From positions 1-39,455 of the forward strand of contig DASWCL010000292.1 in assembly GCA_036390135.1 (NCBI GenBank): 39,455 bases of DNA, in the 5' to 3' direction. The notes beneath the pieces were generated by a model, which searched no databases, was not told the DNA's origin, and worked only from the letters and a program-made list of their open reading frames with translations. A program made the position numbers and the translations under genes. This DNA is from Candidatus Binatia bacterium. GTDB taxonomy: Bacteria; Desulfobacterota; Binatia; UBA9968. This document shows positions 1 to 8,830 of this stretch, one piece after another (positions within the stretch are counted from its first letter, which is position 1; every line of letters begins with the position of its first letter).

Positions 1-79
1 GTCATGCTGAAACGAAGTGAAGCATCTCGCCTTTTCGGTCACTCCAAACGAGATCCTTCGACGATCGTCTCAGGATGAC
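1..79. repeat. Imperfect long inverted repeat (hairpin-forming REP/MITE-like palindromic element) at the window edge
   Basis: Left arm GTCATGCTGAAACGA..AGTGAAGCATCTCG (1-29) pairs with the reverse complement of CGAGATCCTTCGACGATCGTCTCAGGATGAC (49-79). The outer 15 nt match 13/15, with a ~19-nt central spacer. Non-coding context. May be truncated by the window start. Confidence 0.4.
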
Positions 80-239
80 ATTGTGACCCAGTCGCTCTGT
101 CGACGGGTGCGTTCGCGATCAATCCTCGCTGCATTCGTTGACTCGGCGAACAATATTGCACAAACCTGGCGGTGTTTTAGCGTCTTTGCGCCCTCTCTGG
201 GCTAATTTTCTGGCATGGCGGTTGCTCGCTTAAGCTCAC

Positions 240-782
240 GTGTCACCAATTGCCGCTGCTGTAACCGGACTCGCATCCGGAAAAATGCGCTATTCGTCAG
301 TCCTTCGATGCCTCGGTCAAACCATCGAAACGCTTGAATTGAAGGCGGTTGAGATAAAGTCCCATGGTGTCAATTTCATCGTGCAAGCGTGGCACAGAGG
401 AACCTCCATGGCGATGAACGTGGAGAAGCATTATTCGCCGGAAGATTTGCGCAGACTCGACGTAGCAGGGCGCGAAAAGCGAAAACCGTTCGCCGGACCT
501 CCGAATCTCTTGAGCTTATCGCAAGTGCTGCGATGGGCGGGCAATTATGTCGATCGCGCCGGCGGGAGGCTGCTCCGCGTCTCGTGGCAGGATCAGTCCG
601 ACAAAATTCAATCGATCACGATCCAGTGGGAAGCGGCTCAAGTTGAAGCTCGAGCCGGTGAATCCGTGCCGACGACGGTCGAAGAACTGTGTATCCACAT
701 TTACAAGCAGCGAAAGAAAATCCAACTCGCTTCCGAGCGCCAGGCGCATCGGCCGTTCGTCAGTGTCGCCCGCGATAAGTGA
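240..782 (+). CDS. Hypothetical protein with no recognisable motif
   Basis: 180-codon ORF with a GTG start at 240; an in-frame ATG at 285 is an alternative start. Convergent with the next gene, 14 bp between stops. No strong RBS, and several overlapping alternative-frame ORFs exist, so coding status is uncertain. Confidence 0.4.
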   Translation: MSPIAAAVTGLASGKMRYSSVLRCLGQTIETLELKAVEIKSHGVNFIVQAWHRGTSMAMNVEKHYSPEDLRRLDVAGREKRKPFAGPPNLLSLSQVLRWAGNYVDRAGGRLLRVSWQDQSDKIQSITIQWEAAQVEARAGESVPTTVEELCIHIYKQRKKIQLASERQAHRPFVSVARDK

Positions 783-796
783 CCGCCGGAACGCAC

Positions 797-2440
797 TTAA
801 GCTTGATATTTGATTTCGCCGCCAACCAGCGTCATTTCGACTTTTAGCTCCTTGATTTTTTCCGGCTGAATCGCGAACGGATCCTCGGCGAGCACGGCGA
901 TATCGGCGAGCTTGCCGACTTCGAGCGTGCCCTTCTCATTTTCTTCGAAGCCGACCCATGCGGCGGTCGTTGTGTGCATGGCAAAAGCTTCGCCGACGCT
1001 AATTCTTTCTTCGGGAACCCAGACTTCGCCCCAGCGCATCTTACGCGACACGCACGCGGCGATATCCCTCAGGGGGTCGACGGGCCAATAGCCGGGCGAA
1101 TCCGAGCCGCCGGCGATGATCACGCCGTTTTTAAGCAGCGTCCGAAACGGGAATGCTTTGGTCAGCCGCTTTTCGCCGACGCAGTCGAGAATGGCATCGC
1201 CGACGTAGTAACCGATGGCGATGTTCGGAATGGCAATGACGCCGGAGCGAACCATGCGCTGCATCCGCTCGGGCGTGCACAACCAGTTCCCCATGTGCTC
1301 GATGCGGTGGCGGTGGTCTTTGCGCGGCGAATGTTCGATGGCGCTCTCGTAAGCGTCGAGCGCCATATCGAAGGCACGGTCGCCGATCGCGTGGACGCAG
1401 CACCGTAATCCTGCTTCGTGGCATTTCTGCACGGTGTGGTTCAACTCATCCTGCTGGATGCGGATGATGCCATGGTTGTGCTCGTCGTCTTCGTAGGGCT
1501 CATAGAAGCAAGCGTTGCGTCCGGTGATGCCGCCATCGATGCTCATCTTGACGCCGCCCACGCGCAGCCATTCGTTGCCGAAGCCGGTGATGAGACCAAG
1601 CTCGATCAAGCTCTTCGATTCGATCATCGATTCGATGACCCGCGGCAGGATGCTCACGCGCGCGTGCATGTTGCCTTCTTTGTAGATTTCCTGATAGGCG
1701 CGCACCGGTTCGGCGTAGCGCACGATGTCGTGCACGGTGGTGACGCCGCGTTCGAGACATTGCTGCAATGCGAACACGATACCGTCTTTGAGCTGCAGAT
1801 AATTAAATTCTGGCGCGACTTTTTTGACGATGAGTTGCGCGCGCTCATGCAGCTCGCCAGTGGGCTCGCCGCTTTGGGGATCATGCTTGATGTGGCCGCC
1901 CGCCGGGTCGGGCGTGTCGCGCGTAATCTTTGCCGCGGCCAAGGCGAGAGTATTCGCCACCGTAATATGCGCGCCGAAGGAAACGGAAACCGGATTGTCC
2001 GGCACGGCGCGGTCGAGATCATGCCTGTCAGGAAAGCGTTTGTCATGCAGTCGAAAATCTTGCATTGGGCTACCGTGCGCAACGATCCACGAACCTTTGG
2101 GCGCGCCGGCCGCTGCATTGGCGAGACGCTGCAAGATATCGGCGACGGAATGCACATCGACGTAAAAGTCGCGGCAGTCGACGAGTTTCATTTCTGCCGT
2201 GCCCTTTTCCGAGAGATGAACATGAGTGTCTGTGAGTCCGGGAATGGCGGTGCGGCCCCTGAGGTCAACCGCCTGAGTCTCTGGTCCGGCGAAGCGGCGA
2301 ATATCGTCGGATGTTCCCGTGGCGACGATGCGCGAACCCGCGCAGGCAATCGCTTCGCACGTCGAAGTTTCACTAGCGAAGGTGCGGATCTTGCCGTTGT
2401 AGAGAATCAGATCGGGATAAGGTAACGGGCGCTTGTTCAT
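797..2440 (-). CDS. Metal-dependent amidohydrolase (amidohydrolase_3 / YtcJ-like)
   Basis: 547 aa. HxH metal motif in GLTDTHVHL, conserved VHAIGDRA and C-terminal GGSDSPGY, typical of YtcJ-like hydrolases. GGAG RBS upstream of the ATG at 2440. Confidence 0.85.
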   Translation of the reverse strand: MNKRPLPYPDLILYNGKIRTFASETSTCEAIACAGSRIVATGTSDDIRRFAGPETQAVDLRGRTAIPGLTDTHVHLSEKGTAEMKLVDCRDFYVDVHSVADILQRLANAAAGAPKGSWIVAHGSPMQDFRLHDKRFPDRHDLDRAVPDNPVSVSFGAHITVANTLALAAAKITRDTPDPAGGHIKHDPQSGEPTGELHERAQLIVKKVAPEFNYLQLKDGIVFALQQCLERGVTTVHDIVRYAEPVRAYQEIYKEGNMHARVSILPRVIESMIESKSLIELGLITGFGNEWLRVGGVKMSIDGGITGRNACFYEPYEDDEHNHGIIRIQQDELNHTVQKCHEAGLRCCVHAIGDRAFDMALDAYESAIEHSPRKDHRHRIEHMGNWLCTPERMQRMVRSGVIAIPNIAIGYYVGDAILDCVGEKRLTKAFPFRTLLKNGVIIAGGSDSPGYWPVDPLRDIAACVSRKMRWGEVWVPEERISVGEAFAMHTTTAAWVGFEENEKGTLEVGKLADIAVLAEDPFAIQPEKIKELKVEMTLVGGEIKYQA

Positions 2441-2497
2441 AGTAAATTACTCCTTTGTTGATTTGAGAACGGCGCGGTAAAGCGATTACCCTCGCCG

Positions 2498-3568
2498 CTA
2501 TCTTTTGCGTATCAGCAATTGGCGCATCAGTTTTTCCCATTGGTTGAACTTGATTTCGATCTCCTCGAGCGAGTACTTCTCGTCGAGATAAATTTTCTTA
2601 AACTTCTGCTCGCGCGTGCCGGTATCTTCGCGCGGCGACCAGAGCCCGCCTTGCATCATCAGCTGCTGGCCTTCCTTGGAATGAACGTAGTCGAGAAAGA
2701 GCAGCGCGGCGTGCGGGTGCGGCGCTTTCGAGGACAACGCGGAATAGCCTACGGTCGTCACCACGGGTTCTAGCGGACGCCACTCGATCGGCGCGCCTTT
2801 CTGTTTTGCCACCGTCACGTCGGCGTCGAAGATCGTCGGCGACAAAGGAACCTCGCCTGCTCCGACGAGCCCGGCCAACGCGGCGCCGGACATGTCCTGA
2901 ACTTTGATTTCCTGCTCGGCCAGCTTATCGAGAAACTCGCGTCCCATGACTTCGATGATGCTGCCGATCCAGCGCACCCCGGTGGAGGTGCCGGCGATGG
3001 ACATTTTGCCTTTCCATTTCGCATCGACAAGATCCTTGACGGTCTTCGGCGCTTCATTCGCTGCAATCAGCGTGGTGTTGAACCCCAAGCTGTTGTACGT
3101 CTCGCGATTGCCAAGATAATACAAGCCGGATTTTCCTTTTGACTTCACCGTGTCGGGGTAGAAGCGCGCTTCCGGGGTAAAATATTCTTGAAACAAGCCG
3201 TCCCGCCGCATCAATCCCATGCCTTCGGAAGTGGTTTCGACGACGTCGACAATGGCGCGACTGGCATTGAATTCTTCCATCGCGCGCCGGATCAAGTTCT
3301 TCGAATCGTTGCGCCATTCGGATACCGTGATGAACGGGTATTTTTTCTCAAATGCTTTGACGTAGGTGCGAAACCAGGTGTGCGAATCATAGAGAGTGAA
3401 TTGTCCCTCGCGCTTGGCCCCTTCGATGAGAATTTTTTCTCGATCGGTGCCTTGATAAAGCGCTAACTGGGGAATCGACATCGGCGCACCGGCGGCGAGG
3501 ATCGGCGATGGCGCGAATGCGACGAGAACGAAGCCGATGAAGGCCGAAGCCAGAGTTTTCACAAACAT
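2498..3568 (-). CDS. ABC transporter periplasmic substrate-binding protein, family 1 (Fe3+/AfuA-like fold), paralog 1
   Basis: ORF trimmed to the internal ATG at 3568 (MFVKTLASAFIGFVLVAFAPSPILAAG signal peptide, GGAGAG RBS). The track start at 3721 would overlap the upstream gene. Roughly two-thirds identical by eye to the adjacent paralog. Confidence 0.85.
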   Translation of the reverse strand: MFVKTLASAFIGFVLVAFAPSPILAAGAPMSIPQLALYQGTDREKILIEGAKREGQFTLYDSHTWFRTYVKAFEKKYPFITVSEWRNDSKNLIRRAMEEFNASRAIVDVVETTSEGMGLMRRDGLFQEYFTPEARFYPDTVKSKGKSGLYYLGNRETYNSLGFNTTLIAANEAPKTVKDLVDAKWKGKMSIAGTSTGVRWIGSIIEVMGREFLDKLAEQEIKVQDMSGAALAGLVGAGEVPLSPTIFDADVTVAKQKGAPIEWRPLEPVVTTVGYSALSSKAPHPHAALLFLDYVHSKEGQQLMMQGGLWSPREDTGTREQKFKKIYLDEKYSLEEIEIKFNQWEKLMRQLLIRKR

Positions 3569-3596
3569 AGTCAACAGGCTCTCTCCACTGGAATCT

Positions 3597-4676
3597 TCAG
3601 CGCTTGCGAAGAAAAAGTTGGCGCAGCAAAGTTTCCCATTGGCCGAGTTTCGTTTCCATCTCTTCCGAAGAATACCTTTCGTCCAAGTAATTCTTCTTAA
3701 ACTTCTGTTCCAAGGAACCAATGTCCTCGCGTGGCGACCACAGTCCGCCCTTCATGATCAGTTCCTGTCCTTCCTTGGAAAGCAAATAGTCGATGAACAG
3801 TAGCGCGGTGTGCGGGTTGGCGGCTTTGGCCAACAATCCCGCTGAACCGACGGTGGTAACGACCGGCTCTAAAGGGCGCCATTCCACCGGCGCACCTTTC
3901 TGTTTGGCCAGTGTGACGTTGGCATCGAAGATCGTCGGCGACAGTGGTATCTCGCCGGAGACGACCAGATTGATCAGCGCCGCCGGTGCCATGTCCTGGA
4001 CGCTTATGTCCTGGTCGGCCAACTTATCCAAAAACTCGCGGCCCAAAGTCTCCAAAGCGTTACCGATCCAACGAGCGCCGGTCGTCGTGCTGGTGATCGC
4101 CATCTTGCCTTTCCATTTGGGATCGATCAAGTCTTTGAGGTTTCGCGGCGCGACTGCCGGAGGAACGAGCTTGGTGTTGAACCCCAAGCTATTGTAGGTT
4201 TCGCGGTTGGGCAGATAAAAATAGCCGCTTTTGCCTTTTGGCTTGAGCTCGTTCGGGTAGTAGCGCGCTTCAGGAGAATAATATTCTTGGAACAACCCTT
4301 CGCGCTTCAAAAGGCCCATGCCGTCGGCGGTGGTTTCGACGATGTCGGCGAGCACGCGGCTGGCTCTTACTTCTTCGAAAACTTTGCGGAGAATGTTCTT
4401 CGAATCATTGCGCCATTGCGACGCTCGGACAAAGGGATATTTCTTCTCGAATTCCGTAACGAAGGTTTTGAACCAAGTATGCGAGGTATAGAGCGTAAAT
4501 TGTCCTTCGCGCTTTGCGCCGTCGATGAGAATTTTTTCTCGGTCCGCGCCTTGATACAGAGCCAATTGCGCGCTGGACAGCGGCGCACTGGCGGCCATCG
4601 CCGCAGCAGCGCCTGATAAGTAGAAGAGACAAACAATGCCGGTGTAGATCAGTTGTGCTCGCTGTAGAAACATCAT
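3597..4676 (-). CDS. ABC transporter periplasmic substrate-binding protein, family 1, paralog 2 (tandem duplicate)
   Basis: Trimmed to the ATGATG at 4676/4673, preceded by GAGGAG. Signal peptide MMFLQRAQLIYTGIVCLFYLSGAAAAMA. Shares LALYQG.DREKILI.GAKREGQFTLY and KQKGAP.EWRPLEPVVTTVG blocks with paralogs 1 and 3. Confidence 0.85.
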   Translation of the reverse strand: MMFLQRAQLIYTGIVCLFYLSGAAAAMAASAPLSSAQLALYQGADREKILIDGAKREGQFTLYTSHTWFKTFVTEFEKKYPFVRASQWRNDSKNILRKVFEEVRASRVLADIVETTADGMGLLKREGLFQEYYSPEARYYPNELKPKGKSGYFYLPNRETYNSLGFNTKLVPPAVAPRNLKDLIDPKWKGKMAITSTTTGARWIGNALETLGREFLDKLADQDISVQDMAPAALINLVVSGEIPLSPTIFDANVTLAKQKGAPVEWRPLEPVVTTVGSAGLLAKAANPHTALLFIDYLLSKEGQELIMKGGLWSPREDIGSLEQKFKKNYLDERYSSEEMETKLGQWETLLRQLFLRKR

Positions 4677-4699
4677 CTGACTCCTCGGTTGATCCGTGA

Positions 4700-5644
4700 C
4701 TATAACCGCAAACTGTTTTTGTGCTCCGTTAGCCAAGCCGCCAGGCGCGCGATGCCTTCTTCCAGATAGATTTTCGGCTCCCAGGCCAGCTCTCGCTTGG
4801 CGAGGGAAATATCGAGCGGGCTGCGCAGGCGATGGGGCGCGACTTCGGCGGCGTTGGGATGCTGGCCGATTTCGAAATTCAGATTCGGCAGCGCTTTTCG
4901 AATCGCGCGCTCGAGGTCTTCACTGACGTAGGATTTGTCGAGTCCGATGTTGTAGGCACGGCTGAGCGGTCCTTCCGAGAACAGCGCGCGCTGCACGGCA
5001 TCGACCACATCGTCGATGTAAATCAAATCATCGAGGGGACGAGTCAGAAACGGGTGGCAGGCTTGGCCGAGGATGCCTTTCTTCAATTCAAACGGAATGC
5101 TCCGGTATAGGCCCGGGCCGTAAACCGACGAGTATCTCAGCGCGACGAAGTCAACGCCGTGCTTCTCTTTGTAAGAATCGCCCATCCATTCGGATACGGT
5201 TTTTGCGGCGCGATAGAAATAGGTCGGATAGATGGAGACGGCATCCTCCTCTTTGACCAAGCTCCCGTCCGGTTTCTTGAGCTGGCCGTAGATCGATGCC
5301 GAGCTCGAATAGACGACTCGACTCATGCCGAGCTCTTTTGCCGCTTCCAAGACGTTAGTCATTGCGTGATAGCAGTAGTTGATCACGGAAGGATCTTCAT
5401 TGCGCGGAGGATGTGCCGCATGAAAAATATGCGTGGGCTTCTCCTTCTGGCAGAGCGCCCGAAATGCCGCCGCGTCGGTGACGTTCATGATGTGGCCGGG
5501 AGTTTTGATGCTCAGCAAGGAGAGATCCGGCGAGCGCTGTACAACATCGATGGGCACGACTCGATATCCGAGGGATTCCATCAGCCGAGCCGTGTGCGAG
5601 CCGATGAAACCGTTGGCGCCCGTGATGAGTATCGTCGAGGGCAT
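4700..5644 (-). CDS. NAD-dependent epimerase/dehydratase (extended SDR)
   Basis: ILITGANGFIGSH Rossmann motif (GxxGxxG) and YRAAK (YxxxK) catalytic motif. GGAG RBS overlaps the stop of the upstream gene. Confidence 0.85.
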   Translation of the reverse strand: MPSTILITGANGFIGSHTARLMESLGYRVVPIDVVQRSPDLSLLSIKTPGHIMNVTDAAAFRALCQKEKPTHIFHAAHPPRNEDPSVINYCYHAMTNVLEAAKELGMSRVVYSSSASIYGQLKKPDGSLVKEEDAVSIYPTYFYRAAKTVSEWMGDSYKEKHGVDFVALRYSSVYGPGLYRSIPFELKKGILGQACHPFLTRPLDDLIYIDDVVDAVQRALFSEGPLSRAYNIGLDKSYVSEDLERAIRKALPNLNFEIGQHPNAAEVAPHRLRSPLDISLAKRELAWEPKIYLEEGIARLAAWLTEHKNSLRL

Positions 5645-5652
5645 AATATCTC

Positions 5653-6984
5653 CTAAGCTGGTTGCAGCAAGTTTGCTAATTCTCGGATAGACTGCAGGCT
5701 TTCCAGGTGGGCGACATGCTCCGTGATATTCTGTGTCTGATTTTCAGAAAAACCGCTGCGCACCGACTGAGCGAACTTGTCGCGCACCTGCTCGAGATCG
5801 GTGAGATTGGTCGCCGGCTTGAACGGCTCCGACAATGTCCTGCCGTCTTTGAGAATTATCGTGAGCTGTTCTTTCGCCGCATGCTGGGTTCGGCGGATCA
5901 GATTTTGGATTCGAGCATCTTTCAGTCGTGCGTCGGTAAAGTCATCCGGCACGACCTTGCCATTGACGAGCGCCACCGCGAGGCAAAAAGGCATGCTGAA
6001 CCGGCCTTCGTATCCACGGTTGGGTTGGGCGCGAACGAGCGGATAGGGACGCAGGTCGCAATGAATAGTTTCCACTTCATCGGGTGCGATTTTTTCCCGC
6101 TGCGCCAGCCGTAACATCGCTTCCAGTCCGCTGTGCGTGGCCGTGCACGAGGCGAACGGTTTGATGCGAAGACTTTTCTCCAGATCCCATTCGGCGCCGA
6201 GATGCACGCCGAGTGAATCGAGAATGTCTTCATTGAGCGGGCCGACGGCTTCGAGCAGGCCGTAACGACCTTCCAAAACCGTTTCGTCGCTGGAAAATCC
6301 GGCTTGCGCCAGCAATGCCGACGTGACGCCCGTCGCGGCGGCATGGCCGCAGCGAAAGGGTTTCGCCATGGTGCCGCCGTCGCGCGTAAGCGCGCCGCAC
6401 GCGCCGGCTGCCAGACCGATGGCGGCCAAAGTTTGTTTTGTTTCAAATTTTAGAATTTTGCTCGCGCTGCAGGCCGACGCCAGCGGACCCAAAATTCCAT
6501 TGGAGTGCCAACCCCGGGCGCCTGGACCGATACCGCTGGACCGCGCGGAGAAAATGCAATCCAAGCTGGCGCGGACCTCGCGGCCGGCGATAAATGCTTC
6601 CAACACCTGGCGTCCCGTAGCAGTGACGCTTTCACCCGTGGCGATGGCAGCCGCGAGTGTGTAAGTGCTCGAGTGATTTCTGTCATCATAGTCGAGGCCG
6701 TGCGCGAGAGTGCCGTTTAAAAACGCCGCGTCGCGGACGCCCGTTTTAATGTTCGTGCCCCATACCGTGCAAGCGCCGGGAGTGATATTCACGCGCGCGA
6801 ATTTTCGCAAGCAATCGCCGATTTCCTGGGTTGTGGCTAAAATTGAAACGCCGAGGCAGTCGAGGATCGCCAGCTTGGCGTTGTCCAAGACCGCCGGCGG
6901 CGCTTGTTCGAGTCGAAAGTCATGGGCAAACTCGGCAAGCCGTCGCGACAGGCCGTCAAGAGAAGGTCGAACGACATCGTTCAT
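5653..6984 (-). CDS. MmgE/PrpD family protein (2-methylcitrate dehydratase-like)
   Basis: 443 aa. The N-terminal LAEFAHDFRLEQAPPAVLDNAKLAILDCLGV pattern and overall length are typical of the PrpD/MmgE/IDS-epimerase/CAD family. Confidence 0.8.
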   Translation of the reverse strand: MNDVVRPSLDGLSRRLAEFAHDFRLEQAPPAVLDNAKLAILDCLGVSILATTQEIGDCLRKFARVNITPGACTVWGTNIKTGVRDAAFLNGTLAHGLDYDDRNHSSTYTLAAAIATGESVTATGRQVLEAFIAGREVRASLDCIFSARSSGIGPGARGWHSNGILGPLASACSASKILKFETKQTLAAIGLAAGACGALTRDGGTMAKPFRCGHAAATGVTSALLAQAGFSSDETVLEGRYGLLEAVGPLNEDILDSLGVHLGAEWDLEKSLRIKPFASCTATHSGLEAMLRLAQREKIAPDEVETIHCDLRPYPLVRAQPNRGYEGRFSMPFCLAVALVNGKVVPDDFTDARLKDARIQNLIRRTQHAAKEQLTIILKDGRTLSEPFKPATNLTDLEQVRDKFAQSVRSGFSENQTQNITEHVAHLESLQSIRELANLLQPA

Positions 6985-7011
6985 GAATCACCTGGGCGTA
7001 AAAATTCGACT

Positions 7012-8043
7012 TCATCCTTTGGAATAAAGGCCGTCGATATAACCGCTTTCATCGAGCTTGCGAATGAAGCGGTTGTCGATGATCTCGTCGACTTTGATCC
7101 GGCTCACTTTGGGATTTAAGTTGCCCATCATGCGTTGGATGTTGCGCAGGGCGTCCGCCGAGCCGTACGGTTTCTTTTCGAAACCAACCAGCAGATCCTG
7201 ATAGCCCTCATCCAATATGGCGAGATCGTTGAGCTTCATATGATGCATCATGGTCCGCAATACGATGTTTCGGTTGGCCGGAAAAGAAATGAACGCTTGC
7301 GCTTCGAGCAACCCTCTCACGACGTTTTCGACGACATCCGGGTGATCGCGCAGATAATTGCCGCTGACGATGACGCTGGTGTTGACGAACGGGATTCCGG
7401 CTCGATAGAGCTCGACTAGAATCGACAACCCTTTTTGTTTCATTTTGCGACTCAGAAAAGGATCGAGCAGCGTGATGTCAATATTCCCCGCCTCGAGCGC
7501 TTGCGCGAGAATCGTCTGATTGCCGATGGCGTTGATGCGCACTTGGTCGCGGGTTGCATCCAGACCCAAATGCTCCAAAGCAAGGATGGCTGCCATCCAC
7601 GTCGTGCCGCCGATATTGGTGACGCCGAAACGCTTGCCGCGCAAATCTCTGGCTTCCTTGATCTCGGGCCGCACCACAACATCGTAAGCTAGCCGGTTGC
7701 TCGGACTGGCGACGATCTTTAACTCCTGGCCGCCGGAAACTGCCGATAATACCGGCGCGCCGCCACTGCTGGCGATCTGCACATCGCCGGTTGCCAATGC
7801 CGCCATCTGCAGGTTGCTGTTGCGCAAGTAGATCGTTTCCACTTCGAGGCCGTGCTTGGCAAAAATTCCCTGACCCTGGGCGATCCAAAGAACCGCCGAT
7901 CGCGCATTGACCGCCGATTGGCTGATGCGAAGTTTGGTTAGTGCCGCTTTACCGCTTGTCGGCGCTGCTGCGGCGCAGGAGTCTACGCGACCAGTATTCA
8001 AGACAAAGGTGATGAATAGGATTGCGAGAATTCTTAATCGCAT
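7012..8043 (-). CDS. ABC-type substrate-binding protein, NMT1/THI5-like (nitrate/sulfonate/bicarbonate class)
   Basis: 343 aa with an N-terminal signal peptide. DLRGKRFGVTNIGGTTW and LEAGNIDITLLDPF blocks are typical of COG0715-type SBPs. Paralogous to 27533..28549 and 35709..36716. Confidence 0.8.
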   Translation of the reverse strand: MRLRILAILFITFVLNTGRVDSCAAAAPTSGKAALTKLRISQSAVNARSAVLWIAQGQGIFAKHGLEVETIYLRNSNLQMAALATGDVQIASSGGAPVLSAVSGGQELKIVASPSNRLAYDVVVRPEIKEARDLRGKRFGVTNIGGTTWMAAILALEHLGLDATRDQVRINAIGNQTILAQALEAGNIDITLLDPFLSRKMKQKGLSILVELYRAGIPFVNTSVIVSGNYLRDHPDVVENVVRGLLEAQAFISFPANRNIVLRTMMHHMKLNDLAILDEGYQDLLVGFEKKPYGSADALRNIQRMMGNLNPKVSRIKVDEIIDNRFIRKLDESGYIDGLYSKG

Positions 8044-8053
8044 AAGCTGCGAA

Positions 8054-8797
8054 TTAGATGCTGTTCAAGAGTTGGCCGAAACCTGCGCCAACTTTTATGG
8101 TCAGCGGTTTTAGCGAACCCCAAATATTGGCGCTGTTGGAGCTGACGACGGGTTTGCCGATCTTTTGTTCCAGTGCGTCGATGATGCCCATGGTCGCCAT
8201 CGTGCCCGACTGGATGTAAACCGCGTCGATGTCGGGGTATTTTGCACAGGCGGCCAGCGCATTGGCGTAAATCTCGGCCGGCGTCAGCCCGAGTTTCTCA
8301 TAGGACTGCAGCTGGCGCTCGCCGATGCCCTCCACCGCTGCGATCTCTATGCCCTCGGACAAAAGAAAGTTGCGTAGATTATTAGCGAGATGAACCGACT
8401 CCTTGCGCCAGGAGGAAATCAGCAGAATGCGCTTCGCCCTCAACTCATGAAACGCTTCCGCCAGCGCTTGTGAACTGGTGGTCGCCGGAACTTTCGAAGC
8501 AGAGCGCAGCCGTTCGAGAATTCGCTTGTGGCCGTCGACGCCAAAGTGCAAGTGCACCGGCGCGCCATTTTTCATGATGAAGTCAACGCTGGCCAAATTA
8601 AGACGCTCGACGGCGCGTTCGAGCAAACTCAGCGAAGCCTCGACTTCTTCTTTGCGTGCCGAGTCGACGACTTCCAGATGCGTCACGACCAGCACCACGT
8701 CTTTCGGCGCGGCTTGGTAAAAGTCGTAGACTTCAATATCGCTGTTTACGCGCGGGTGGATCCAACCGATACGAGCGCGCCAGTGATCGAGCATCAT
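8054..8797 (-). CDS. Asp/Glu/hydantoin racemase superfamily protein (maleate isomerase / arylmalonate decarboxylase-like)
   Basis: 247 aa. RIGWIHPRVNSDIE, VPATTSS.ALAEAF and GKPVVSSNSANIW blocks resemble maleate isomerase (RIGQIVPSSNTTME, GKPVLSAA...). Only one Cys in the whole protein, and it is not at either catalytic position. Confidence 0.65.
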   Translation of the reverse strand: MMLDHWRARIGWIHPRVNSDIEVYDFYQAAPKDVVLVVTHLEVVDSARKEEVEASLSLLERAVERLNLASVDFIMKNGAPVHLHFGVDGHKRILERLRSASKVPATTSSQALAEAFHELRAKRILLISSWRKESVHLANNLRNFLLSEGIEIAAVEGIGERQLQSYEKLGLTPAEIYANALAACAKYPDIDAVYIQSGTMATMGIIDALEQKIGKPVVSSNSANIWGSLKPLTIKVGAGFGQLLNSI

Positions 8798-8830
8798 CCC
8801 TTCATTCCAAGTCTGTTTATGACCGCGCCT

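Noticed and set aside
17-205. 62-aa ORF at the left edge
   Set aside because: It overlaps the palindromic element, has no RBS or motif, and is too short and compositionally unremarkable to support as a gene.
1418-2425. 335-aa ORF on the plus strand
   Set aside because: It lies entirely antisense to the well-supported amidohydrolase gene (797..2440). Its composition is Ala/Arg/Gly/His-rich low complexity, typical of shadow ORFs in GC-rich DNA, and it has no recognisable motif.
3569-3721. N-terminal extensions of track ORFs (also 4677..4736, 11136..11243, 13184..13255, 17142..17207, 20787..20927, 27486..27629, 30812..30931, 36717..36815)
   Set aside because: The extensions overlap the preceding gene or intergenic signals, lack signal-peptide logic, and sit upstream of internal ATG/GTG codons that have good RBSs and yield proper signal peptides or N-termini.
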